Shown here piece after piece: positions 22,925-36,470 of a DNA stretch of 64,000 nucleotides. Origin of the DNA: Callorhinchus milii (lineage: Eukaryota); assembly GCF_018977255.1 (NCBI RefSeq), contig NW_024704743.1, forward strand, positions 85,252,001-85,316,000, written 5' to 3'. Made by a program: the position numbers and the translations under genes. Position 1 is the first letter of the stretch. Every line of letters starts with the position of its first letter. Under the pieces are notes generated by a model. That model ran no database searches, was not told the DNA's origin, and worked only from the letters and a program-made list of their open reading frames with translations.

Positions 22925-25087
22925 TAGCCCAAGGCTGGGAAATTAGATTTAAAAAATGACAGTAGACCAGCAATGGCAAATGTTTAAAGATATAATACAT
23001 AATTCCCAACGATCACATATTCCCTTGAAAAATAAAAATACCACAAGAAAAGTGGTTCAACCTTGGCTAACTAGAGAAGTTAGGGAAAATATAAAATTAA
23101 AAGAAGAGGCCTATAATACTGCCAAAAAGAGCAGTAAACCTGAGGATTCGGAGAGCTTTAGAGAACAGCAAAGGAAAAACAAGAAATTGATTAAGAGGGA
23201 GAAAATGGAATATGAGGGTAAACTAGCTAGGAACATAAAGACAGATTGTAAGAGATTTACAAGTACATAAAGAGGAAGAGACTATCAAAAGTGAATTGCA
23301 GGCAGAGACAGGAGAAATTATAATGGGGAATAAAGAAATGTCAGAGTCATTAAACAATCATTTTGTTTCTGTCTTCATGTTAGAGGACACTGAAAACTTA
23401 CTGAAAATAGAGGGGAACCTGGAGGCTAATGTTCGTGAGGAACTTAAGGAAACGAAAATCAGTAAAGCAATAGTACTGGAGAAATTGATAGGATTAAAAA
23501 CCGATAAATGCCCTGGACCTGGTGGCCTGCATCCTAGGGTTTTAAAAGAGGTGGCTGCAGAAATAGTGGATTCTTCGTTTTTGATCTTCCAAAATTCCCT
23601 GGATTCTGGAATGGTTCCCAGTGATTGGAAGGTCACAAACGTAACGCTGATATTTAAGAAGGGGGGGGAGAGAAAAAATGGGAAACTATAGACCAGTTAG
23701 TCTGACATCGGTGGTAGGGAAAATTCTAGAGTCCTTAATTAGGGATGTCGTCGTGGGGTACTTAGAAAATCATAACATGATTAGGCAGAGTCAACATGGC
23801 TTTACAAAAGGGAAATCATGCTTAACAAGTTTATAGAGTTTTTTTGCGGATGTAACTTGCAGGTTAGATAGGGGGGAACCAGTAGATGTGATGTATTTGG
23901 ATTTCCAGAAGGCATTCAACAAGGTGCCACATAAAAGGCTATTGCATAAGATTAGAGCCCATGGAATTAAAGGCAATATATTAGCATGGATTGGAGAGTG
24001 GCTAACAGGAAGAAAACAGAGAGTAGGGATAAACGGGTCCTTCTCAGATTGGCAGGATGTGACTAGTGGAGTGCCACAGGGATCAGTGCTTGGGCCTCAA
24101 TTATTTACAGTCTATATCAATGATTTAGATGAGGAAATAGAACTTAATATATCTAAATTCGCGGACAATACGAAGATAGGTGGGAGAGTAAGCTGTGAGT
24201 ATGACACACGAAGAATGCAAAGGGAAATAGACAGGCTTGGTGAGTGGGCAAGAAGGTGGCAGATGGAGTATAACGTGGGGAAGTGTGAAGTTATTCACCT
24301 TGGTAGTAAAAATAGAAAAGCGGATTATTTTCTAGAAGGGGAGAGACCAGGTAGTGTTAGTGTTCAGAGAGATTTGGGTGTCCTTTTTTACACCAGTCAC
24401 AAAAAGTTAGTATGTAGGTACAGCAAACAACAAGGAAGGCTAATGCCATGTTGGCGTTCATTGCAAAAGGGTTAGAGTACAAGAGTAAGGAAGTCTTGCT
24501 GCAGCTGTATAACGTCTTGGTGAGACTGCACCTAGAATATTGTGTGCAGTTTTCGTCTCCTTATTTAAGAAAGGACATACTCGACTTAGAGGGCGTGCAG
24601 CGTAGATTCACTAGGTTGGTTCCTGGGATAATGGGGTTGACCTATGAGGATAGGTTGAGTAAACTAGGCCTATATTCTCTAGAATATAGAAGAATTATAG
24701 GTGATCTTATAGATACCTATAAGATTCTTAAGGGTCTTGACAGGGTAGATGACGTGAAACTGTTTCCCCTGGTTGCAGAATCTAAAACTAGGGGTCATAG
24801 TCTCAAGATTAAGGGTCAGCCTTTTCGAACTGAGTTGAGGAAACATTTCTTCATTCAGAGGGTAGTGAATTTGTGTAATTCTCTAACCCAGAAGGTGTGG
24901 ATACTCAGTCCTTGAATATATTCAAGACTGGGGTTGATAGATTACTAAAAGATAGAGAGATTAAGGGATATGGGGATAGGGCGGGTAAATAGAATTAGGT
25001 TAGATCAGTTATGATCTTATTAAATAGCGGGGCAGGCTCGAGGGGCTGAATGGCCTACTCCTGCTCCTACGTCTTATGGTCTTATGG
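22925..25087 (+). mobile_element. 5'-truncated, inactivated CR1-clade LINE (ORF2 reverse transcriptase and 3' tail)
   Basis: Frameshifted ORFs with PGPGGLHPRVLKE, YLDFQKAFNKVPH, SGVPQGSVLGPQLF, SKFADNTK, LEGVQRRFTRL, TRGHSLKI; 3' end gaatggcctactcctgctcctacgtcttatggtcttatgg. Confidence 0.95.
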
Positions 25088-27149
25088 CTTCAAACAATTC
25101 TCTGCCTGGAGGACAGAAAGGATTAAAAAATGGAAATTACAAACACCATCACACTGTCCACCTGGGATATGTACAAGCAATGAAACGGATAAGGATCAGG
25201 ATAAATCATATTTGATACTGGAGGAATGTCTAAATTTAGAGTGAAAGTTAGACCCCTATATTAATAATGTATTATATTTTTAACAGTCTTGAGCGGTTTA
25301 TGAATATTCACAACCATTTGATGAGGCTTGAATTGCTGCACTGCTTTGTGTGGCATATCATGACATTCTCCCTGCTAGCCGCTAACATTTGTGTCTAAGT
25401 TCATTCTTCACGGCTCTCGTGAATCCTGTCTTAGCATTCCACAGTATTTCTAATTGCATCAATGTGACTATAATTGTTTTGGTAAGCTTCATGAACCAGA
25501 ATATTTCAGCCTAAATTATATTGACTATTAGTGGTTGATGTATTTTGTATTACATTTGTTCAAGTTACTAAGTGAGCCCTTTGGAAACTCGAACAATTTT
25601 AAAACATGTATGTGTTTCTGTTCATTCTTTCTCATTTGTGTATTCTCCACAAATATTAGGATTGATGCAATGTTTCAAGCAGGAAATTTTCACAGGGATG
25701 TTCTTGTCCTTATTGCATATTTGGGAGCAACATGACCTTTTCCCTCCTCCTATGATAAATCAGGACTTTAAGCTCATCGTCTAGGGCCTAGGCTGACACT
25801 CCATTGCCGTGCTGGGGGAGCGATGCATTGTTGAAGGTGCCGTCCTTGAGATGAGATGTTAAAACAAGATCCCGTCTACCTGTTCAGGTAGGAATAAAGG
25901 AGTTTCTCTCAGTGTCCTGGCGAACAATACCCCAGAAAAAGTTGATCATTCACTTCATGGCTGTTTGGGGGACATTGCTATATACAAATTAGTTGCTGTG
26001 TTTGCCTACAATTCCACCATCACTACACTTGACAACTTTGAGGCATTTCAACAAGATGATTATATCAATTGCAAGGATTACTATTATAAGAGTCAGAGTC
26101 CAGACCAGCTGTTAGAATTTCATCTCATCTCATTGCCAGCAATATCTCCCCATGTCTCCCTCAAGAGGTAAAACTCTGGAGCCTTTTCTGCCTTGTGAAT
26201 CATTTAGTCCCATGAAGCATATTGTCTTCAAGAATATGATAATAGTCTCCCTCTATCCAGAAAGAAATATTTATAAAGACCAAAGTGCTGGAACACTGTT
26301 GGTAAATATCTTCACTCAGCAGAGCAGCTCCTTGAACAGAAGACATCCGAACCATATGTTCGGTATTCCATACCTATAAAAGAGCACAGATGTTTGTGCA
26401 GCACCTATTCTATGATCCCAAAACACTTGAGTTGGTACTGCAGCACTAGCCTTAAAGCCAGCAAGGCAATGCCATTTCAGACTCCTACTCAACACTGGTC
26501 AGAACGCTTGCACCTACACTTCTGACCTTGAAGCGTTAAATTGCCATTTAAAACTCCATACAAGTCAGTAAGTTAAAAAACTCGAGATAAGTCTGTAGTT
26601 GCTGCACACAAGGGTCATACAGAATTTTAGTCAAATGGTAGAAGTCTCACCTTGAGGTGAGAAGGAAATGAACTGAAGCCCCATGTCAGGATTGATCGCA
26701 CAGTGTGCTCAAACTAACATTCCAGTACAATACTGGGAGAGTAGTGTACCATCAGAAGTGCTGTCCTTTAGATGTGAAGTTCGACTGAGGCCCTTCTGCC
26801 TGTTCTTGTGGATGTTAAAGGTCTGTGTCTCCATTCAAAAAGAGAAAAAAGTTTCTCCTGCCATCCTGCCCGGCCTCCAGATTAAATGATCATTCACCTC
26901 ATGGCTGCTTGTAGGATTTTACTGTGCACAACTCTATTATTGCAATCTGTATTACCATTAGCGGTGTCATGGTACTCATCTCCTTTTTATGTGTGAATCA
27001 CACGTTGCTTACAGGTGCACTTTGAAAGGAATGATCCTTCACTTCTCATTTTTTCGAAGATACGAGCCCAGTCAGAGAGATCTCACAAACTACCCACAAC
27101 ACTTTATTTCTCTTAAATTATTCTCATTTATTCAGACAAGTACCAGTAC

Positions 27150-27242
27150 CCGTTCATGGACTCGAAATGTTGATTCACTTTCCTTTCTCCATAGATGCTG
27201 CCTGACCTTCTAAGTGTTCCCAGCGACTTCTGTTTTTGTACC
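27150..27242 (+). mobile_element. Penelope-like element terminal fragment
   Basis: ggactcgaaatgttgattc...tctccatagatgctgcctgaccttctaagtgttcccagc...ttctgttttt resembles the common chondrichthyan Penelope terminal repeat as recalled. Confidence 0.5.
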
Positions 27243-27415
27243 AGTAAACAATAACTTTTCTGAATGCGGCACAGTGAAGCCACAACAAAAAATATAGCAC
27301 ATACTTTAAAAATACTTTAACAGTAATGAGTTTAACCAAACTTTAACAAATCATGCAATCTGATACACTAACAACTACTGAGCCTCCATGAACAAAGACC
27401 TCTTGGGAAACAGGA

Positions 27416-27734
27416 GGAGCCCTGTAGCTCAGTGGTTAGAGCACTCGCTTTGTAAGCGAGAGACCTGAGTTCAATTCCAGGCAGGGCGAAACCTTGGGCA
27501 AGTTTCCTTACTCCACACGCCTAATAATAATCCCTCCAAAACCAAAAACAATAATAAATTGGTCATTTTCAATCTACGACTGTTTGTGGGACATTGCTGT
27601 GCGCAATTGGCTGCCACGTTCGCCCACAAATATACAGTCAATTCACTTTACAGTATATTCTGTGAAGCGCTTTGGGACATCCTCCCGACGTGAAAAGCGC
27701 TATATCAAATGCAAGGATTATTATTATTATTATT
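27416..27734 (+). mobile_element. Young tRNA-derived SINE, full length, short form
   Basis: Near-identical to the 17967 and 49644 copies. Confidence 0.92.
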
Positions 27735-29522
27735 AAGAGATAATTTGGCCAATTTTACGTCTTCCGGGAAGGTTTCAGAATCTGAGTGGTAGTTAGTTGG
27801 TGTTAGTCGTGTTAAATCCATTTCTGACCCTTACTGATTTCCCCAAACTTAACTCCCCCCCCCAATTTATACCTCAATTTAGTCAATGTGACTCTGACTG
27901 GTTCATCCAAGCATTCCTTCACATCCCCTGAGACTCCTGGTCCCAAGTGTCAAAGATTCATCGGGACACTTAACCTTCTCTTTCTTGACAGTTTGAAGTC
28001 CTAAAAGCACTTCGCTTATGTTTTCCAAGATATTGAGGCACCAATCTATTGCATCCATCAAGCCTCTTTTACTCATGTCAAAATTTGCCCAGTATTCGGC
28101 CAATTTTGCTACGCTAACTCATTTCAACAACAACAACAACATTTTGTTTTTTTTAAAAAAAGCAAAGTAAAGCTGCTAATCGCTTACTGGTATTCAAAGA
28201 CCACAATCTATATATGAGTGGATGTTGAATGTATGACGTGGTCTGGGGACGGGGGGGTTGCCTCCCACAAATTCAGGTATAGTAATTCCTGATCAATACA
28301 TTACAAGTGTCTAAATGCTATCTCTATGTTAGGCCATTCATTATGTCCTTTGGATCTCTTAAATGATCTGTTATTTTAGAATAACACAGAAAAGTCAGTT
28401 TCCTTCAACTTTGATCAGGGTGGATAGGTAACCCACTTTTTCAGAAGTTGCTGAGAAAGACTGTTTCACTTATGCCGTTTTGGATTCTTCAATTCTATTC
28501 CAAGTGCAGTTAAAATATGTGAATAGCCCATCCATTTCCTAGAAAGTACAGTCTGGCCTTGCTACGATGTGTTCTCAAGGCAGAGCTCAAAAGATTGAGG
28601 ATGGAGCATTGTACAATAGCTGCACATCAAGTACAGAAGGTAAAGTTAATTCACTGGCACAAATTCTCAAGTCATAATCAGATTGATTCACCGCCTGACA
28701 AGAGAATGAGGCTCTTTGAAGCAGGTTGAGCAGATGCTGCAACTCTTTAAGAAATACCAGTCGGAACCAAACTTAAATTCTTTGGCATAAAAGTATCATT
28801 ACATAAGAAATTTACGAAACCTAGGAGGAAAGGCCCATTAAATCTTCACAAACTTTTCAGAGACCACACAAAGTCTACTCTACCATGAGCCCTCATTTCC
28901 CAACCTACCTTAGAAGATTCTGTACAGATACATCCTGATCTTCAAAACCAATGAAAGTATTCATCCATTTTAATATCTGCACTGTTCGTTCCTGGACTGT
29001 ATTGTTTCCACATATATATCAGGTTCCAGGAGCACAAGACATTGTGTTCGTCAGAGATTTATTATACAGTATATTCATATATGCAGTGTCTTTCTGGTAT
29101 GGCTTACAAAGGCACAGAAATGTTGCATGCTTATCTATTTTAAATGTCTGTATTCTGAATGATGCACAACTCTAATTTAAAGACGAGGGGGTTTCTTACA
29201 GGTAAAACAGACAGGTAAAACAGTGTTTGGCAAAGTGTTTAGAAATTATCTGCATTGACACAGAATGCTTCCACACTGAAGAAGTCAAAACACTGGACTC
29301 ATTAAAGTCAAGCCTCCCGGCATGAAAGGCATTATATAGATGCAATCTGTTGTTGTTATAGTTATAGATGTGCACCTACAGTCACTCCACTTTAGCTTTT
29401 TGAGATGTTATCCCAATGTGAAAGGCAGTACACCAAATGGAATGATTATTATTATTTGTGCTAAGTTGGACAACCTGAAAAGATGAGCAAAGGATCTTAT
29501 CTGTAATGTTTTGGGGATCTCT

Positions 29523-29524
<2 letters not shown>

Positions 29525-29555
<31 letters not shown>

Positions 29556-29900
29556 CCTTGCAGTTGATATAGCACTTTTCAAGTCTTCGAGACATCTCAA
29601 AGCGCTTCACAGAAACAATGTAAAATAAACAATAATAATCCTTGCATTTGATATAGCGCTTTTCACGTCTTCTAGACATCTCAAAGTGCTTTGCAGAATA
29701 TATTGTAGAGTGAATTGACTATATTTATGGGCGAATATACAATAAAAAATACAGTAAAGTGAATTGACTATATTTTTGTGGGTGAAACGCAGCAGCCAAT
29801 TGCACACAGCAGAGTCCCACAAACAGTTGTGGATTGAGCGACCAAATTATTATTGTATTTTTTTTGCTTGAGGGATCAGGCATGTGGAGTAAGGAATACC
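29525..29900 (-). mobile_element. Tandem SINE tails plus SINE body
   Basis: Two successive tails and a duplicated gtgaattgactatattt segment. Confidence 0.8.
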
Positions 29901-30749
29901 TCTTGAGATGTATCAGCCATCAGAATAACAGGGGCAGTTGTTTGAACCAACACACTGACAGTAAAATTATTCTTTCTCTGGAAGAACTTTCCACCACCAA
30001 CAACAACAAAATTACATTTATAGAGCACCTTTCACGTTGGGAGGACGTTCCAAAGCGCTGAGCCACCACCAGCCTAAAGTTAAATACTCAACTGTAAATG
30101 ACCCAAGTGTGCCACATAACTATTTGCAATTTGCAGAGCTAAAATTAATTAAATTTTTCCCTCAACAATTGGCAAAATGAGTGGTCATGTAAAAACATTA
30201 CTTTTTGTATTAATATTAGGATCAAGTGAACACATTGCCGCTGTTTTGGTAGTCTGGTTCCTGTTCCAGTTGGGTCAGTGGCATTCAAAGGCACTGCTGA
30301 TAGCAGACCAGCTTACCTGGGCTCATTGGCAAAAGTTGGTGGAGCAGATCAGTCACTGGATCCAGGGTTTCTTCCTACCTCCTGCTCCTGTTGACTCTGT
30401 AAGTCAAAGCCAAAGTAAAGTGGTTCTAGCTGGACAAGCATACCAAAATTCTTGTATTGAAGCTAGATCAAAAACTGCAAACCAAAGTCAATACTGAATC
30501 AATGTAGTTCTACAACTAGACAGACATTATCTGTATGGTGATGTTGATATAACAACTACCACAAGTCAGAATATAGTCCCGAGACCTTGGCTGATGTTAA
30601 TTATATATCTGAATGTTAATTACCTAGCTCATTCTTTGCTCCTCTACTGTTTTTTTCTGTCTTCTCAAATTCTCTACCATCTTTCCTCTCATGAAAAAAA
30701 GGTGTTTGACCTTTTTTTCTGCTACTGCAGTGCAGTTCCATGGATGATA

Positions 30750-31080
30750 GTTACCTTATGGTGCCAAACCCAAATGACTATTAGTCAAATGTGAGCTTTG
30801 GCAGTGATGATAGGCAGTCAATGTAGTTATGATCCATCTGCAATGACTCATATTGGTGTATCACCATAATGTCCTCGCCTGACATTTGCACAAATGCCCA
30901 CTCCAGTAGAAGGTACTGGATAGCAATCAGGAGTGTTTCATTCCTTCCGCACCAGACAGCACTGAGACCACTTGTAACATCTCTGCTCAGAGATCAGCTA
31001 ATTCGGCACAGATTGAACCACTACCTTTTAGTCTGTACTGCTCAGATATTTGGTGGATGCATTTGCTAAACTATGGAGAA
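30750..31080 (-). mobile_element. Ancient SINE resembling AmnSINE2
   Basis: Reverse complement reads tctgtgccgaattagctgatctc...ggtctcagtgc...ctcctgattgctatccagt...gtcaggcgaggaca, like the recalled AmnSINE2 consensus; related copies at ~2160-2350 (-), 3720-3800 (-) and 55890-56037 (+). Confidence 0.55.
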
Positions 31081-33448
31081 AGCTGATTTCCACCAATGTT
31101 AATTCAGATCCACCTGCTGACTCAGTACATCCTTCAAGGGAAGACAGTTCCCCAGTGATGCCAACAGCATTCACTGCTAGAATAAAGTATCCACAATCAG
31201 CATAAATAAGAAAAGATATCAGTCCTTTGTGACTGACTTTATTTTGAAATATGTGTTAAGAGGGGCCCCTGAAGTCATGCATTGAAATAAATACAACAGC
31301 AGATGAATATAAACGGTTCATTTAAAACCATACTCTTCTCATTTGTGTTTTGTATCTCATTTCAGAATCTATAACCTTGCGATTCCCAAAACAATAATTC
31401 TGCAGAGATGAGCCATGAGGAAAAGAAACCTCTGATCCATTACTACTTTACAAGCTCTGCATTGAGAGCATCATTGGACAGTCCAATTAGGTAAAATGAT
31501 CAAAAAATTATCTTCAAATTTCAGTACATGTCGTCTTTAAGAGTAAATCAGAATGCAAATATGAATAATGTAAAAATTCTGTAATGAATCAAACATGGGC
31601 ACTGCATTAATGAGCACTCATAATGCAAGATCCAACATTTTTCCTGCTTACAGAATTCCTGCTTATTCAGTGAAATGGTGGCTTCAAAACATAATAAAGG
31701 TATTTTGCCTGCACATTAAAGTAACCAATGTTTTTTGTTTCCTATTTTTTCACCCACAAAACACACGTTCAATTTACTTCACAGTATATCTTGTGAAGAC
31801 CTTTGAGATGTCTCAACGACGTGATAAGGCGCTATATCAATGCAAGGATTATTATTAGTAGTATTATTATTAAATTTCATGATGTGGTTTATGAACACAA
31901 AATACACTTTCCTGAAGTACATTCATCTCACAAAGTAATAACAAAGGACAGTGATTTGCATCAAATCTGAACTGCTAGCCATTTCAGATTAAAGACACAG
32001 GTCAAATTAAATTAATTAGTGTCCAAAGGAAAAGTACAAATTTACATCAAGCAAAGGCATGTATGCAATGCAAATACATCCTAGAGATGGTACTTTATAA
32101 TGCACTGTGGCTATAACTGACATACTGTATGAAGCAGTAGATTTATAAGAATTTCTTTTCACGAAAGTAATGGATAGAGATCTCTTAATGACAACAATTT
32201 GAATCTGTGCTATTATTGTATCTGCCTGGAAACAGTACTGGCGATTACAGAGATAGATGCACACTCAGAAACACAAATACTGCAAAAGGATCACTGGCTG
32301 TTAGAACGTGTTGTTCCTATGGCTATTATTGGTCAGCTGTTATCCTGGCTCAGCTGGGTAGCAGTCTCACCTCTGAATCTTGTGGATTCAAGCCCCTTGT
32401 CATTACTATGAACTCATAATCCAGCTGACAAGTCATTGAAGGGAGACAAGGAGGATGGCTTCCAGATTGTCAGCTGCAGAAAGTTGGCACTTCTCCAGAC
32501 CTTGATACAGTCAACAACATAGATACAGTCACCCTAGAGAAGCCAACAGGTGATACTCACAACGTGCCCCCTGAATGATAACATGCAATATTCATTGCAG
32601 AAAATGTCTAAAAGTGCATCAATTACAACTAAAACAACCAAAAGCCAACACAGTATAACACAAACCTGATGACATGACTGATCATCAGTAAAGGTAGAAA
32701 TGAGGTTGGATAAATATTTGTTAGGAAAACGGCAACATAAACAGCAGCTTGCAATGGAAAAAGTGCCGTGGGACTTCAAATGTATTTCCTGCTGATTACT
32801 TTGTGTATGTCACACCAACTCATAAAAACTCAGCTCGGTGCAAATTCTCAGGTGGAAGCTGAGTTCTTGCAAGTCAACATGATGTACATGGCGTTCCCTG
32901 GATTGGACATGCTTTATATCCCAAGGTGCTTTTTCTGATGCAAAACACCATTTACACTGCCATTTACTCAATGTGTGTTTCAGTATCAGGGCTACCACAG
33001 GGTTAGGAATGGCGTCATGATGGGAATAATTAGAGTGTATTGAAGCACAAACAATTGGGATAGGGTGGGATTGGATCCTGAGGAAGATCTTGTTCTCCCA
33101 TGTAAGAACAAATTACACTTATATAACGCCTTTCACATTGGAAGGACGTCCCAAGGCGCTGGAAGTAAGCATTAGTAAGCAATAAGCCCAGAACATATCT
33201 ACATTATTCAACCTTGACTTTATTCAGCCTTTCCTGCCATGACATGAGCAAAATCCAAGCAGTTCAGCAACAATAATGCTCCACAAAACATTTTAGGATT
33301 TGACTTGTATGTATCCTAACACAGGGAGTCTATTGCACACATATCCACTACTCTGTGTGCATGTCGACACAGAGGTGGAGTGGAAGGGGGAACAGGTGGA
33401 AATTCCTTTGAATCACAGATCAATGTAACTTTTCAAGAATCTTTGCTC

Positions 33449-34370
33449 CTGACCAACAACCATCAGAACATGGCCTGGCTGGCAGTAAAAGGGGCCCTCC
33501 CACTCAGGGCTTACGTGCACGGTCGAGGTCTGGGCCAGTCAGCACGTTGTCCTCGGGCCAGCTACAGAGGCCAAGAGGCCGTGGACCACCTCTTCCTGGA
33601 GTGTTGGCAGTTTGGAAAAAGATGGAATGGATTCTCTCGGGGTTCGTTCTTGGGGACCCACTGTCACGGCACTTGGTGCTGTTTGGCCTCTTCCCGGGTG
33701 CTCACAGCAAAACCCACATCAAGTGTGCCTAGAGGATCATAAACTCGGTAAAGGAGGCCCTTTGGCTCCCAAAACTAGTTGTTCTTCTGGCAGAGCGAGG
33801 GGACAGTGAGGGCCCGCCTCAGGCTTGGACTCACTAGGATCAGGGACTATATACTGAGGGACAAGCTGAAGTTCAGCTCGATCACAGCAAAAAACAGATG
33901 GAGCCTGACCCCCACAGGAGCCACTCCGGCCCAAACCGCTCTGGGCTCACCCACCGGGTAGCCCACAAGCGCACCCAAAACTGACGAAAATAAACGTAAG
34001 GGCACAGAAGGACGCTCGAGATGTAACCAAAGAGCATCCCAAAAATGTATGTATGGTAAACATGAGTGCATATGGTGCACATCGGGGCATCTTCCGAAAA
34101 TGGCAAGTGTGCCTTATCGGGGTGTGTGTGGGAGTGCACATGGATGTAGTGCACACAGCAGCGACTCCTGACTGTTTTAAAGGGAACATCCCAAAAAATG
34201 TGTGCGCAACCTGTGTGCGGTGAAGAAATGTACCGTAAACAACAGAATGTTTTCTGTATCAGGAAAAAGGAAAAAAATTGTAACAGAATTTGTTGCATGC
34301 TGTATTTGTTTCGGATTTCTGTTGTACCAAATATTATATTTATAAATAAATATATATTTTCAAAAAAAAA
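33449..34370 (+). mobile_element. 3' end of an L1/Tx1-clade LINE (zf-RVT region, 3' UTR, poly(A))
   Basis: LTNNHQNMAWLAVKGALPLRAY..ARCPR..EAVDHLFLEC / VWKKMEWILS..VLFGLFPG / RIRDYILRDKLK across frameshifts; AATAAA at 34345-50, then an A-run. Confidence 0.85.
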
Positions 34371-34530
34371 CAACATTTGTAAGTTCAGCTGGAACAATGA
34401 AATTGCAGTTGTTTCAAGCAATCGTTCAACCTCACTTTGTTAGCATAGATCCAATAAATATCAATATTAGGCAAAATTAATTGGAATCCCGGCTTGATGT
34501 GTCTTGAAAGAAAGAGCTTTAATTGTACTT

Positions 34531-34843
34531 GGAATCCTGTAGTTCAGTGGTTAGAGCATTCGCCTCGCAATTGAGAGACTTGGGTTCGATTCCCGGTAGG
34601 GAGAAACCATGGGCAAGTTTCCTTACTCCACATGCCTGATAATAAGCCCTCAAGAAAAAAATAAAATAATAATTTGGTCACTCAATCCACAACTGTTTGT
34701 GGGACACTGCTGTGCGCAATTGACTGCCACGTTTGCCCACAAATATACAGTCAATTCATTTTACAGTATATTCTCAAGCGCTTTGAGACGTCTAGAAGAT
34801 ATGAAAAGCGCTATATCAAATGCAAGGATTATTATTATTATTA
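34531..34843 (+). mobile_element. tRNA-derived SINE, full length
   Basis: Head ggaatcctgtagttcagtggttagagc to (TTA)n tail. Confidence 0.9.
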
Positions 34844-35164
34844 TCTATCATCCAGTTTGTGTTTTATTTTGAGTTAAATTGAAAAATGTATGAACAAACC
34901 TTCTACATTGATTTGTCTATAGTTAGTAACTGCTCATCATCTTCACTAGTGCTGTAGTGGAGTCATGGTTACATCAATGTAAACAGCATCTCACAAACTA
35001 AACTACCTGTAGTGTACCCTGCAGTGAAGCAGTGTATAATTTGAATTGTTCTTAATACTGAGAAGTTGATTAAAGGGTAACAAGCTACACATGCAGTACA
35101 TCAACAAAATTGAAGATAGTAGCAGAGAAACAACTGATTAAAAGACACCAAGCTTGATATCTTG

Positions 35165-36470
35165 GAAATCATGGTTCTGCACGGCCCAAGGGAAGACATC
35201 AAGTGAATAGATTGGAAAATACAAGCGGCATCAATCCCAATTGTTGTCTCTTATTGGTATCTCGAAGTTGTGGTGAACCCCAACTTCAGCCTGAACACTG
35301 TCCTGAAGGAGCGAAGGGCACGCTGTTCTTGCTATTCCCTCTTCCTGGACAGCAAGGTCCCAATGCAGGTCAAGCTTGTGCCATACAAGACCTGTGTCAA
35401 ACAGCCCTCTTTTATGGATCTGAGCTCCTGAGGCTGCAGCTGAGCGGCTTCCTCCGACCCATCTGAAAAGTCCAGGATCACACAGTGAGGCGGATTTGTG
35501 GCAAGCACGGGAAGCGGCTGCAGGGAGGGAGGGCTCTGGCCTACACTGACCTGTAACTAAGCACTCTGGAGGCAGAGGCGGCTTCACAATGGGTACGTCT
35601 ATTTGCCAAGGCCCCTCGCGTGAGGACCTGGATTGAGCAGCTGGTACTGAGTAACCTTGTTATGGGGCTTTGGACTTGAACCTCAAGAACATCAAGGTGG
35701 CTGGCAAGTCACAAGCTATCCTATAAAGGTCCTCCCACCATGCTGAAGGACAATGTCCACCAGATAGCTGATGAGGAAACTCTGAGGCTTGGGATGAGAG
35801 CTGCTGGAAGGCGTTACCTGGAGTCCAAGTTCATGAATATGCGTTCGTACATCCGGTGTCTGGAATACACCTGCAGACAGACAAGCAGCTGCTGCTTAAA
35901 CTCCGCACCTCCAACTGGTGGAACTATCGCTCGATGGGAAGGAATGTCTGCCCGAGCAGCGGACAGGAAGAAGGTGGCAATGCTCTCATGCATTTCATGC
36001 TAAGCTGTGTTGCCCACCGGGAAGCTCACAGAGAGTGCCTTGTGCTTACCCTCCACCGAGTGAGGGCTAAAAACCCGTGCTTGTTGGATGTCGAATGACC
36101 AACTAGTGACTAACCCCCGGAAAGCCCTAATGGATAGGGTGGTCCTAGCTGGACAAGCAGCGGGAAAGCTTGCCGGACAGCAATATCAATGGCAAGCTAT
36201 GCTGTTTTAGCTGGTTAGACTCCAGCAGGACCCAAACACACACTTTGGAGTCCCCAAGGCTTGGCGCCTGCCAACCTGCACCTAATACTGCCAACCTACA
36301 CCTAATGGATGTGTCCCTCCAGGGAGAGAGTGCGCATTCTATTCCAACAATCTGTCTCTGGGAATTTCATTTGTAGGTGGGATGCACGGAAATCCCAGTT
36401 TGGTTTGGATACTCTTAAGCATGGTGATGGGCTTCTGCATGTATCAGACACCCAGCTAACCAAAACAAAA
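35165..36470 (+). mobile_element. Decayed non-LTR retrotransposon 3' part with C-terminal CCHC-like motif (RTEX-like) and ~370-bp 3' UTR
   Basis: VKLV.YKTCV/TALFYGSELL thumb-like motif, then LLLKLRTSNW..VCPS..GNALMHFMLSC; the UTR recurs elsewhere in the window. Clade assignment is tentative. Confidence 0.6.

Noticed and set aside
22956..24915. Potentially active reverse transcriptase
   Set aside because: Multiple frameshifts and stops, catalytic FADD changed to FADN, 5' truncated.
26347..26363. Short hairpin ccgaac-catat-gttcgg
   Set aside because: A 6-bp stem is expected by chance in 64 kb.
27494..27736. Recurrent ~80-aa ORF MGKFPYSTRLIII...KRYIKCKDYYYY seen several times
   Set aside because: Chance open frame in the SINE consensus with a TTG start; disrupted in other copies; not a gene family.
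32530..33000. Faint RT-like words on the minus strand (LLFMLP, FTDDQ)
   Set aside because: Too decayed to call without an alignment.
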